A stretch of DNA of 64,000 bases from the NCBI GenBank assembly GCA_963706595.1, contig OY970166.1, positions 1,536,001 through 1,600,000 of the forward strand. Direction: 5' to 3'. Position numbers and translations under genes: made by a program. The notes beneath the pieces were generated by a model. That model saw nothing but the letters and a program-made list of their open reading frames with translations, did not search any database and was not told the DNA's origin. Source of the DNA: an uncultured cyanobacterium (GTDB lineage: Bacteria > Cyanobacteriota > Cyanobacteriia > Cyanobacteriales > Nostocaceae). Of this stretch, positions 11,085-20,560 are shown piece by piece (within the stretch, counting starts at the first letter, position 1; every line of letters starts with the position of its first letter).

Positions 11085-12848
11085 ATGTTTAGAGACTGGT
11101 TTGCCAACAACTTGGGAGTAGGTCAAGCTCGGAAAGAGCAAGTGTACCTAGAAATATGCAGTTCCCTTAGTCTGGATGATGCTAGTTATTGGATTCAAGT
11201 TCTGTTTGCGGCTGGTATTGCTACCCTGGGGCTAGTTCTAAATAGCCCAGCTGTAATCATTGGCGCGATGCTGATTTCTCCGTTAATGGGGGGGATTTTA
11301 GCCAATGGACTCGCATTAGCTGCGGGTGATGTAATTTTAGCGATGCGCTCACTGCTGAATTTGTTATTGAGTTGTCTGGTGGCTATTTCCTTTGCTGTGT
11401 TATTGGTGACATTGCTGCCATTTAAGGAAATTACCAGTGAGATTTTAGCCAGAACTCGACCTAATATTCTGGATTTAGTCATCGCCCTGTTTTCTGGTGC
11501 GGTGGGGTCGGTGGCCATTTGTAAAGAACCCAGAGGCGTGGCGACTTCTATTCCTGGTGTGGCGATCGCAGTAGCTTTGATGCCACCATTATGTGTTGTG
11601 GGGTATGGTATCGGTGTCGCTATTAGCCTCAATAGCGCCCAAGGATTACAGGTAGCTAGTGGTGGGGGCTTACTATTTTTTACCAACTTGGTAGCGATTA
11701 CCTTCACTGCGATGCTGGTGTTTCTGGGACTGCATATTGATAATGATCAGGTCAGAGAAAAAGTTAGGGAATGGCGAAACACACATCCTGAGAGTGTCTG
11801 GGTTCAGACTTTATTGGAAAAACTACCTGCTTATGGCAAATTGCGGAAAATTGGCTCGCTTCCAGGGAGATTATTATTAATTTTTATTACCATTGTCGCG
11901 ATTATTTTCCCCCTCAATCGCTCTCTGCGTCAACTTGGACGGGAAATTGCGCTCCAGCAACAGGATAATCGTAACCGAAGTTTGGCTACGGATGTCTGGC
12001 AGAAAAACTTTGCTCAATTACCCGATGGTGAGACACGTTCTTTTATCAGCAATATTTCGACATCAGAAAAAAATGACAAGCTGACAATTCAACTTCAGGT
12101 GTTTACGAGTCAGCAATATTCATCAGATGAACAGGATAGTTATATTGAACAGCTAGCCGCCCGTTTGGGAAGACCTCCAGAATTATTAGCCCTGAAGTTG
12201 GTAGAAATTCCCACCGCTTCCAACGAACTGTTACGCCCAGCACCTACAGAACAGCCCCCGGAACCAGTTTTAACCATCGCTCAATTACAATCAACTTTTG
12301 TGCAAGAAGTTCAATTTGCTTTGCGTAATTTGAGACTTCCCCCGCCAGCAGAAATGGTTAATTACGAGTTAGTTAATAGTCCAGTTGCACCTTTAAGTAT
12401 CAGGGTAATCTATCTGAGTGAACGTGATATTGATGGAGATGCTCAAACTTTAGTCGCTGATAGTATCAGAAGTCTGTTAAATTACGAGTCGGCTATAGTG
12501 AGTATGCAAAGAATAGCCAGCAATCTAGGAGCTATATCCTTTGAAAATGAGCAATCAGAACTTAAGCCAGAAAATACTCAATTATTAGACCGGGTTGGGC
12601 AAATTTTACAGCAACAGCCTAGTTTAAACCTGGAAATGATTGTCAATCAGGAAGAGGGCGAGTTAGCAGAAATTCTCCCCAGGCGATCGCAAGCTATTAC
12701 AGAATATCTGGAATCACAGTGGCAAATTAGTAGCGATGACCGCATCGACTGGCAAACTGGAACAGAGTCTCAACGTAGCGCAATACTCAAACTTACGGTA
12801 AAATCACGGACAAAGCCCCCAGTGTCAACTCAGCCCGAATCGCGCTAA
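11085..12848 (+). CDS. DUF389 membrane protein with a C-terminal OmpA-like segment
   Basis: AVIIGAMLISPLM, EILARTRPN and PGVAIAVALMPPL DUF389 motifs. Confidence 0.85.
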   Translation: MFRDWFANNLGVGQARKEQVYLEICSSLSLDDASYWIQVLFAAGIATLGLVLNSPAVIIGAMLISPLMGGILANGLALAAGDVILAMRSLLNLLLSCLVAISFAVLLVTLLPFKEITSEILARTRPNILDLVIALFSGAVGSVAICKEPRGVATSIPGVAIAVALMPPLCVVGYGIGVAISLNSAQGLQVASGGGLLFFTNLVAITFTAMLVFLGLHIDNDQVREKVREWRNTHPESVWVQTLLEKLPAYGKLRKIGSLPGRLLLIFITIVAIIFPLNRSLRQLGREIALQQQDNRNRSLATDVWQKNFAQLPDGETRSFISNISTSEKNDKLTIQLQVFTSQQYSSDEQDSYIEQLAARLGRPPELLALKLVEIPTASNELLRPAPTEQPPEPVLTIAQLQSTFVQEVQFALRNLRLPPPAEMVNYELVNSPVAPLSIRVIYLSERDIDGDAQTLVADSIRSLLNYESAIVSMQRIASNLGAISFENEQSELKPENTQLLDRVGQILQQQPSLNLEMIVNQEEGELAEILPRRSQAITEYLESQWQISSDDRIDWQTGTESQRSAILKLTVKSRTKPPVSTQPESR

Positions 12849-12872
12849 TTGCACACACACAGAACATTAGTT

Positions 12873-13772
12873 ATGCCAAAGACTCGTTTTTTCAGTTTCT
12901 TTCGTCACGTCAATGGGCGCACCCTGAAAAAAACTTTTGCCAGGACAAATGAAAGGCGACTTTTAGGACTTGGCTCGGAAATTGCCTTCAATGCCATGTT
13001 ATCTTTGTTTCCGGCAATTCTCGCTGTGCTGACAGCTATCGGCTTATTTGAAGAATCCTTCCAAAATACTTTTAAACAGTTCGCTGCTCAATTCAGTCAA
13101 GTTGCACCTGAAGAAGTGCTAGTCTTAGTTCGTGATTTTACCACCAGAGAAATTACCAACTCCAGAAACGGTGGTTTGTTTTCTCTGAGCTTTGCGATCG
13201 CCATTTGGACTGCTTCTGGGGCGATAAGTACGGCGATGGCTGCCTTTGACCAAATTCATCAAATTCCCTCCGAGAAAAAGCGCCCTTTTTGGAAAGCCAA
13301 ACTTATCTCACTCGGATTAACAATCGGTACTATTTTACTGTTTGTTTTGGCCTCTTTCCTCGTGTTTATCAGTGATTTCCTCTTAGGAATAGCGGTGAAT
13401 GAAAGTAGTTATTTGATTTTCTTGCTGCATATTTGGCAACTGTTACGCTGGCCTTTAGCACTGGGTATTATTGCTACCGCCTTTAGCTTTGTCTATCGCT
13501 ATGGTCCGAGCGTCTGGAATTCCGGCACACCAATGATGCCGGGGGCTATATCCGCAGCCGTTTTCTGGGCAATTCTATCGGCCTTATTTCGGACTTATGT
13601 AGCCAATTTCGGTAACTATAACAAAGTTTATGGTGCTGTGGGTGCTGTGATAGTTTTAATGCTGTGGCTCTGGATGAGTGCGGCGGTGATGCTGATCGGC
13701 GACCAATTAAATGTAACTGTCGGTGAACAGATGCAGTTAAAATCCAATCAAAACTTAATGGACAACCAATAA
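12873..13772 (+). CDS. YihY/BrkB family membrane protein
   Basis: AFNAMLSLFP, YRYGP and YNKVYGAVGAVIVLMLWLW motifs. Confidence 0.9.
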   Translation: MPKTRFFSFFRHVNGRTLKKTFARTNERRLLGLGSEIAFNAMLSLFPAILAVLTAIGLFEESFQNTFKQFAAQFSQVAPEEVLVLVRDFTTREITNSRNGGLFSLSFAIAIWTASGAISTAMAAFDQIHQIPSEKKRPFWKAKLISLGLTIGTILLFVLASFLVFISDFLLGIAVNESSYLIFLLHIWQLLRWPLALGIIATAFSFVYRYGPSVWNSGTPMMPGAISAAVFWAILSALFRTYVANFGNYNKVYGAVGAVIVLMLWLWMSAAVMLIGDQLNVTVGEQMQLKSNQNLMDNQ

Positions 13773-13828
13773 GAAAGTCAATAAAGTAGTAAGGTATTTA
13801 ATCTAACCTCAAATAAGCGATCGCCTTC

Positions 13829-14221
13829 ATGCCTGATTCTTATCCACGGGTTTCCTATATTGATTCTGACGCTCAAGCAGTCACATTGAAACGCCTGCGT
13901 CGGCTGAGTCGTATCCTCGATAAAGTTGTGACTATTCCCGGAACACCAATTCATATTGGTTTAGATCCCCTTGTGGGATTTATACCTATTGGTGGCGATG
14001 TTGTGGGAATTATCCTTGCTAGCTACATTGTGATAGAAGCCGCCAAACTAGGTGTTCCTAAAGCTACTTTGAGGAAAATGGTCTTGAATGTGATCATCGA
14101 TGGCTTGGTAGGCAGTGTCCCAGTCATCGGAGACTTATTTGATTTCGCTTGGACAGCCAATGAGTATAATATCAAACTATTAGAAGAACATTTACAGTTA
14201 CCTCTGAGAAGAAAAGTATAA
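13829..14221 (+). CDS. DUF4112 membrane protein
   Basis: GLDPLVGFIPIGGD...GSVPVIGDLFD. Confidence 0.88.
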   Translation: MPDSYPRVSYIDSDAQAVTLKRLRRLSRILDKVVTIPGTPIHIGLDPLVGFIPIGGDVVGIILASYIVIEAAKLGVPKATLRKMVLNVIIDGLVGSVPVIGDLFDFAWTANEYNIKLLEEHLQLPLRRKV

Positions 14222-14303
14222 ACCCTGAATTTATTTTGCCATTGTCTTCATAGCATTCTCGTGATAGTAATTAGAATGCTTCAAATAAGTTATTTATAAA
14301 GGA

Positions 14304-15260
14304 ATGAAAGATTGGTGGCAGGCTACGTTTCCCCAAGGAAGGCAAAGTCTAATTATTACTGATATAAATGGTTATCCTGTAAAAATTGCTTATGGTGAAG
14401 TAGGTACAGGTAAACCCTTAGTATTATTACATGGAATGGGTAGCTGGAGCTACAATTGGCGGCACAGCATCGCGCCATTATCGCAATATTTTCGGGTCAT
14501 TTGCTTTGATGCTAAAGGCTACGGTTTTTCGGAAAAACCTGGGTTGCGGAGAGAACAAAACGGGCATCAACTTATTGAGTTAGAACGCATTCTTCAGGCA
14601 TTATGTGATCAACCTGCTGTGATTGTCGCCGAATCTTTAGGGGGTTTAGTCGCCCTAGCTCTAGCAGAACATAATCCTGAATTAATCGCCCGTTTAATAG
14701 TTATAAATGTGCCTGTGTTCACAGAAAACTTACCCCATTGGGCAATGTGGATACTTGCCAAAACACCCATAGAAATATTACAAACAATTGATACTTGGCG
14801 TTTAGCATATTTATTTGCGCCTCTAGTCAGAGAAATTATGGCCATAGAAAGGCGTAAGGTGCTGTTCGATCCATCAATTCTGACACCTGAAGATGTGTAT
14901 TGGATAACTTATCCATTTATTGAGCTTCCGGGGACTATTGTCAAAGTTGCTGAAGAGTTACAAATAGCAGCGCAGGAAATAGAGAATTGGCAAGTCAATA
15001 AACCGAATATGCTCAGTAAAATTCAAAATAATCTGGGTAATATTAAATGTCCCACACTCATTATGTGGGGAGATCAAGATAGTTGGTTTCCCGCCAGTCA
15101 TGGAGAAAAATTACATCAACTCATCCCCCTATCCCAGTTAAAAATTTTAGATAACTGCTGTCATGATGCTTCGGCTGGTTCATCTGAAGTCGTGAATGGG
15201 GCTATTATTGAGTTTTTGCACAAGACAAATTTTATATATAGCAACCGCCAAGGAGGTTAA
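14304..15260 (+). CDS. Alpha/beta fold hydrolase
   Basis: LLHG, DAKGYGFS, nucleophile elbow ESLGG, WGDQD, late His (CCH). Confidence 0.9.
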   Translation: MKDWWQATFPQGRQSLIITDINGYPVKIAYGEVGTGKPLVLLHGMGSWSYNWRHSIAPLSQYFRVICFDAKGYGFSEKPGLRREQNGHQLIELERILQALCDQPAVIVAESLGGLVALALAEHNPELIARLIVINVPVFTENLPHWAMWILAKTPIEILQTIDTWRLAYLFAPLVREIMAIERRKVLFDPSILTPEDVYWITYPFIELPGTIVKVAEELQIAAQEIENWQVNKPNMLSKIQNNLGNIKCPTLIMWGDQDSWFPASHGEKLHQLIPLSQLKILDNCCHDASAGSSEVVNGAIIEFLHKTNFIYSNRQGG

Positions 15261-15267
15261 GACATAA

Positions 15268-15313
15268 CCCACTCCCTACTCCCTACTCCCCACTCCCCAC
15301 TCCCTACTCCCCA
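15268..15313. repeat. STRR heptamer repeat (CCCYACT)n
   Basis: About six tandem heptamers. Confidence 0.85.
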
Positions 15314-15322
15314 GCTATAAAT

Positions 15323-15489
15323 AAAAAAAGAGTGAGAGGAGGCATACCAAGCGCCTCTAACCTCTCACTCTGGTATTTGCCACTGTAGTGTTCAGGAATA
15401 TGTACAAACGCTGCCCTTTTTTTAGGGGGCTAATATGTATATCAATGACAACGCTCATATACATATAATATTCCTGGTGCGACAAATAC
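15323..15489 (-). ncRNA. Putative structured RNA (multi-stem junction plus intrinsic terminator)
   Basis: Nested stems 15373-83/15479-89, 15393-401/15468-76 and 15433-42/15457-66; G-U pairs form only on the minus strand; 11-bp hairpin plus U7 at the 3' end. Confidence 0.6.
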
Positions 15490-15669
15490 TAAGTCTAATT
15501 ATTAAAACAGTTATCACTTAACATGGTAAATTAGTTCTTGATTATCTCTGTTAACAAAATCCGGTTTGTTTTTTGTCTTCTACAATTTAACTCAGTTCAT
15601 CTGAACATGGTTGCCATTTTGGCAGGTTTTTAGATTTTTCTCAATTGTTCGTAGATCATCCCTTGATGA

Positions 15670-16320
15670 TTAATATTTCTGTAAAATTGTAGGCAAAGAA
15701 TTTTGTTTACGAATATCCATCAAGTCTGCCAAAGTTTCTTTCCTTTTATCCAGTGGATGCTGATGTTCTGATGGTAGAACAGTCACCAATGACTGCGATT
15801 TAGCTGGCTTTGAGATGATATGCTTCAGTGGTTGCCGTGGTACAAACACTGGCGGACTCTTGAAAGTCGTTGGTTCCGATTTTGGTCGATGGCTTGATGT
15901 TAAGGGTCTTGAGGCGCGTTTGATGGGTTTACGGACTTGTTGACTCTTATTCGGTCCGTTGACTAACCGGACAATCATGAAGCAACCACTGGCACAACTG
16001 AGGGCGATCGCACCAACCATCCATAAAGGTGTAGGATTGCTATGATCGGAGGATGTTGTGATTGGTTTTGCCACCACACCAGGGATTTCTTCTACTTTTA
16101 CATTGTCTGCACTACCGGCGTAACCCAAGATATACAAAGCTAAGGACGCAGTGACCATGAGCATTGTGAACAACCCAGTTAACAATAACCCTGGATGACG
16201 TGTCAGCACATAGATAAAAACATTTAAGCTACCGATTAATCCCGATTTACTTTTAGTCTGCCTTCTGGCTTGGGTTGGCTCATCTTGTACGTTCTGAGTA
16301 TGTTCCATGATGACTTTCAC
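15670..16320 (-). CDS. Hypothetical membrane protein (2 TM)
   Basis: Long ORF with two hydrophobic helices and a C-terminal LADLMDIRK. Confidence 0.75.
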   Translation of the reverse strand: MKVIMEHTQNVQDEPTQARRQTKSKSGLIGSLNVFIYVLTRHPGLLLTGLFTMLMVTASLALYILGYAGSADNVKVEEIPGVVAKPITTSSDHSNPTPLWMVGAIALSCASGCFMIVRLVNGPNKSQQVRKPIKRASRPLTSSHRPKSEPTTFKSPPVFVPRQPLKHIISKPAKSQSLVTVLPSEHQHPLDKRKETLADLMDIRKQNSLPTILQKY

Positions 16321-16474
16321 ATTGATCCCCTCTAGTCAATGATTGTACCGGAGGAGTCAGACATCAGGTATCCGTAACCAAATTTGGGAATTCAGTAGCT
16401 TTTTTTTGGAAATATAGACTACCAAATCCCAGATTTTTACTAATTTTAGCGGTTTTAGCGAATTGTTAATTTAG

Positions 16475-17542
16475 CTATGACTGCGATTCGTTACCAGAAT
16501 ATCTTTCGAGCGCTAATTGAATTAACCGATCAACTAATTCTGGAAATGGTATACCACTATCAGCCCAGAGTTGGGGATACATACTGGTAGCAGTAAAGCC
16601 TGGGAAGGTGTTGATTTCGTTAATCAATATTTCGCCGGTAGCTTCTACAAAGAAAAAATCTACTCTTGCTAACCCCGCAGCGTCAACAGCTGCAAAGGCT
16701 TGTAATGCCATATCTTGGATTTGGCGGCTCACAGCATCTGGAATTGGTGCGGGAATCAGTAAATCTGCTTGTCCTGCGGTATATTTAGTTTCATAATCAT
16801 AGAAGTCACTATTGAAGGAAATCTCTCCGACGATAGAGGCTTTGGTTTGATCATTACCTAATACGGCACATTCTACTTCTCTGGCTACTACTCCTGCTTC
16901 GACGATGATCCGTCTGTCGTAAGTCGCAGCATTATCTAAGGCGGCTTCTAATTCTGGACGCGATCGCACTTTGGCAATACCCACTGATGAACCTAAGTTA
17001 GCAGGTTTGACAAAACAAGGATAGTCCAAAGCTGCTTCAATTTCATCGCAGAGTTTGGGAAACACACAAGGATTTGACCAAACTTGCGCTCTGGTTAAGG
17101 CTTTGTATTTCACCTGGGGTAATCCGGCTTGCTCAAAGGCCATTTTCATGGCAATCTTATCCATACCCAAAGCTGAACCTAACACCCCAGAACCGACAAA
17201 GGGGACTTGCATTAATGTCAGTAATCCCTGAATCGTACCGTCTTCACCGTTGGGACCGTGGAGAATGGGAAACCACACATCCACGTCTGTGACTTGCTCT
17301 GGTAATGTCCAGGGACTCAGGTTTTTGTCTTCTATGTGGGGAATATCAGAGTCTAGAATCTGTTGCGGTATTTCTCCCGCTAACCAGCATCCGTCTTTCT
17401 GGATGTAAAAAGGCAGGATTTCGTACTTATTAGCATTTTCCTCTGCACTTAAGGCATTAGCGATCGCTCTTGCTGAACTAATTGAAACTTCATGTTCCCC
17501 GGAACGACCCCCAAACAGCAGTCCCACCCGCAGTTTAGTCAT
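16475..17542 (-). CDS. ddl: D-alanine--D-alanine ligase
   Basis: [35 protein letters not shown] and EINTFPGFT motifs. Confidence 0.97.
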   Translation of the reverse strand: MTKLRVGLLFGGRSGEHEVSISSARAIANALSAEENANKYEILPFYIQKDGCWLAGEIPQQILDSDIPHIEDKNLSPWTLPEQVTDVDVWFPILHGPNGEDGTIQGLLTLMQVPFVGSGVLGSALGMDKIAMKMAFEQAGLPQVKYKALTRAQVWSNPCVFPKLCDEIEAALDYPCFVKPANLGSSVGIAKVRSRPELEAALDNAATYDRRIIVEAGVVAREVECAVLGNDQTKASIVGEISFNSDFYDYETKYTAGQADLLIPAPIPDAVSRQIQDMALQAFAAVDAAGLARVDFFFVEATGEILINEINTFPGFTATSMYPQLWADSGIPFPELVDRLIQLALERYSGNESQS

Positions 17543-17748
17543 TTTTAGTACCTTTATCTGTTATCTCGCAGATAGCGTATCACAACCTGCTCTGGTTACT
17601 ATATTTTTTTCTCGCGACTATAAATTTAGCTTGGGTCGCAAGAAACATACCAGAAGCCGAGCAAAACCACTTAAAGACTCTTCCCCACTCCCCAGAAATC
17701 AAACGGGGTTACAATAACATATTAGATAATGAAACAAACCAGCAGTAA

Positions 17749-18189
17749 ATGACAATGGATAATTTTTTGTTTTTAAGCAGTGTGTTCCCATCAGTTGATA
17801 TTTTTATAGGATTCAAACCTGCTTTAAAAAGAAATACAAAAGGCAAAACGATTTTTAGTTGTTTTGATGTTGATGACAATTTAGTAGCGAGTCGGGTATT
17901 AAAAGAAGCCAGAGGTCTAAAAAAACTCGCAATTCCTTCAATAACGCATAAACTACATATTAAATCATTCAATGAAGATTACTATCTTGTTGATGTCAAA
18001 TCTATGATTGAAGACTGCATTCAAGATAAAATTGCCTACGTTAAAAGGGATTATGGTTTAACACCTGAAGAATATTATCAAGAAATACTAGAAGCTCGTG
18101 CAAAAGCAAGTGTAATTAAAGATGTCGCTTTAAAAATTGATGAACTAGATTTTTCAGAGCTTGAGGCAATTGAAGTTAAGGTTGAGTAG
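17749..18189 (+). CDS. Hypothetical AT-rich protein
   Basis: 146-aa ORF followed directly by a terminator; no family recognised. Confidence 0.55.
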   Translation: MTMDNFLFLSSVFPSVDIFIGFKPALKRNTKGKTIFSCFDVDDNLVASRVLKEARGLKKLAIPSITHKLHIKSFNEDYYLVDVKSMIEDCIQDKIAYVKRDYGLTPEEYYQEILEARAKASVIKDVALKIDELDFSELEAIEVKVE

Positions 18190-18191
18190 AT

Positions 18192-18230
18192 AAAAAAAGC
18201 TTCTACATTTAGTTATAGAAGCTTTTTTTT
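18192..18230. terminator. Bidirectional intrinsic terminator
   Basis: A7-GCTTCTA...TAGAAGC-T8 between convergent genes. Confidence 0.85.
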
Positions 18231-18437
18231 GTCTATTGCTTAATATCCCGTGAAAATTTACCACAAATAGAACATTTCAACCGATGCTTTTAGCCTGTCT
18301 TAACATTTTTGTGACGTTTCCTGACCTACACTGAATAAAGGTAATTTCAGTTTCTGGCGTTGCTGAATCGGGATATGAAAGTCAAAAAATCCATCTCCCC
18401 AATTTTTACTCTCTGTGCTTAATGCGTATATGCTGGG

Positions 18438-20153
18438 TTATTTCAATTTAAATTCATCAAATTTTACCACATCTGAATTGGGTTTACGAGTATCAAAATA
18501 ATAGCTAGTTACTATTCCTTTGCCTGTGTCAAAGATGCTAAAAACTGTGATGTCGTTACTCGCTATGTAAGGAAGCGGTTGATTATCTTCGCCTAACAAT
18601 GGTGCTATTGTCGGGATAACTGGTTGCAATCCGTAAGGATCACCCAGTGCAGTATAATCTTCTTGATATCCAATTGGTATTTCTCGTTTTTTGTTCCCCC
18701 AAGCCGCACCATAAGAGTTACCCACATTTGATGTTTCGAGAAAGTGCATTCCACTAGGACTAACAAAGCGGTTCCATAAATGAGAATGTCCATATAATAA
18801 GAATTGCACCTCAGCCGCTTCTAGTAAGGGGACAACATCACGATTAATGTAATCTGCGTCTTTGGGGTATTCGTAACGAACTGCGGTGATTTTACCGTTT
18901 TGCTCACGTTCAATTGTCTGCACTGGATTCGTATAAGCAGGAACGATATTATCACCCAGAGTATGAGGTGGATGATGGAACATCACAACTTTGTATTTGG
19001 CTTGTTGAAATTCTGGACTGTTCAGTTCTGCTTCTAACCAATTATATTGCTGACTACCTTTAGTAATGGGTTCAAAAATTAACTGTCCATAACCCCAATT
19101 TTCAGGATTTTCTAAATCCTGTGGGGCTTCTTTATATCTACCTTTATATTTTGTATTTAAGTTGGGAGTCCGCCACGTATTGGTGATGTAAAGTACCACC
19201 AAACGCACATCACCAAAGCTAACTGCATAATATTTTTTACCACCTGTTTTACTTTGAGGTAGGCTGAAAATCTCTTCATAAGTATAAGTATTAAAAGAAT
19301 TATCTATTAAAGGTTTCCCACTATATAATCTTTGAGCAACGTCACGAGGAATAGGATCATTAAATTCATTATTTAAACTGTCTGTTCTCTCAAACCGCCC
19401 CATCACTTCATGATTACCAATGGCTGTAAACATGGGCGCGTGTTGAATGATTTCACCCCCTGTATAAATGGTTTTCACGCCATTGTGTGACATTTCATAG
19501 TTCGCCCGACCTTGTAAAGCCGGAAATAATGCACCACCCCGACTATCATCAAACCATTCCGAGGCGCGATCGCTCACATTAATTAAATCACCCGCGAACC
19601 ACACCCCATCAACTTGTCCCACGGTTTCCACCACCTTTTGCAGATTTGCGGCTGTCATTGGTTTTAACTGATGGTCTGAAGTCAATAGAATCTTAAGTGG
19701 TTGTCCTGGTTCTGGAGTCGGTGCGAGGGTAAAAACATCACTGCTGACACTTGCGCCATCTTCGCGCATACTCATCACACGATAGGGAACACGCACCCCA
19801 GGAGTTAACCCAGTCACCTCAGCTTCGTGTCGCCAAATGTCACGTTTTCCAGGTTGATTTATCGTTTGATTTGCTACTTTTGATTGTTGGTCTTCTCGTG
19901 TGCGGCTGAGTTTAGTTGTTATAGCAAAGCTTGATTTATCCAGATTTTCCCCGTAGGTAACTAAGTGGTTTTTACCAGAAAACTCTGTAAACCAAACTAC
20001 TTGTACAGAGTTAGCAGTTGGTAGTTGTAAAAATGGGTCAGTCAGCAGATGCGGTGCTGATATCATAATTGTTTGCCCATAAGAACGCACGCTTACCAGG
20101 GTAAGGCATAGAACAAAGAGAATTATAAACGTTAACAGTTTAGTTTTCGCCAT
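18438..20153 (-). CDS. Secreted purple-acid-phosphatase-like metallophosphoesterase with an N-terminal FN3-like domain
   Basis: Signal peptide; TSDHQ, AGDLI, GNHE, HHPP and GHSH motifs. Confidence 0.9.
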   Translation of the reverse strand: MAKTKLLTFIILFVLCLTLVSVRSYGQTIMISAPHLLTDPFLQLPTANSVQVVWFTEFSGKNHLVTYGENLDKSSFAITTKLSRTREDQQSKVANQTINQPGKRDIWRHEAEVTGLTPGVRVPYRVMSMREDGASVSSDVFTLAPTPEPGQPLKILLTSDHQLKPMTAANLQKVVETVGQVDGVWFAGDLINVSDRASEWFDDSRGGALFPALQGRANYEMSHNGVKTIYTGGEIIQHAPMFTAIGNHEVMGRFERTDSLNNEFNDPIPRDVAQRLYSGKPLIDNSFNTYTYEEIFSLPQSKTGGKKYYAVSFGDVRLVVLYITNTWRTPNLNTKYKGRYKEAPQDLENPENWGYGQLIFEPITKGSQQYNWLEAELNSPEFQQAKYKVVMFHHPPHTLGDNIVPAYTNPVQTIEREQNGKITAVRYEYPKDADYINRDVVPLLEAAEVQFLLYGHSHLWNRFVSPSGMHFLETSNVGNSYGAAWGNKKREIPIGYQEDYTALGDPYGLQPVIPTIAPLLGEDNQPLPYIASNDITVFSIFDTGKGIVTSYYFDTRKPNSDVVKFDEFKLK

Positions 20154-20182
20154 AATTACCCGGAGAGTTACAGGCTTTTGGC

Positions 20183-20215
20183 ATTATACATGGGCAAGTT
20201 TAAAGGGCGGTTAAG
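20183..20215 (-). promoter_or_regulatory. Putative SphR (Pho) box plus -10 element of the phosphatase gene
   Basis: CTTAACCG-3nt-TTTAAACT (11-nt period) followed by TATAAT at 20183-20188. Confidence 0.55.
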
Positions 20216-20246
20216 GCGATCGCTTATTATATTCAACTTTCCACAT
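20216..20246 (-). pseudogene. 5' remnant of a RelE/ParE-like toxin ending at HIP1
   Basis: ATG TGG AAA GTT GAA TAT AAT AAG CGA (MWKVEYNKR) overlaps the antitoxin stop and runs into GCGATCGC. Confidence 0.55.
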
Positions 20247-20445
20247 TTGCACCCATCACTGATTCATAATACTTTAGTGCATCTTCTTTCGAGAGTGGTG
20301 TTTCATCCTCTACTTCCTCCATCAGTTTAGCCAAACCGTAATCTTCAAGGATTTCTTCAATTTTTTCAAACTCAGCAATGGGAATTTGGACAGCAATAGG
20401 TTGCTGATTTTCGTCAAATATATAATTTTTGTGCAGTTTAAGCAT
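20233..20445 (-). CDS. Putative type II antitoxin (acidic, RelB-like)
   Basis: YIFDENQQPIAVQIPIAEFEKIEEILEDYGL pattern of small cyanobacterial antitoxins. Confidence 0.7.
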   Translation of the reverse strand: MLKLHKNYIFDENQQPIAVQIPIAEFEKIEEILEDYGLAKLMEEVEDETPLSKEDALKYYESVMGANVES

Positions 20446-20560
20446 TTTGGTAACTTCTAGTTTGAATTAGCTATTACTCTAGTTGTATTTATATTAAAGC
20501 CATATTTTCTGAAAAAGGTGATTTATTCACCTTAAAAGGTAAAATTTATTAAGTTTATCA

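Noticed and set aside
7130..15489. Retron formed by PtuAB and the structured RNA at 15323-15489
   Set aside because: No reverse transcriptase in the window, and the RNA is over 6 kb away beyond unrelated genes
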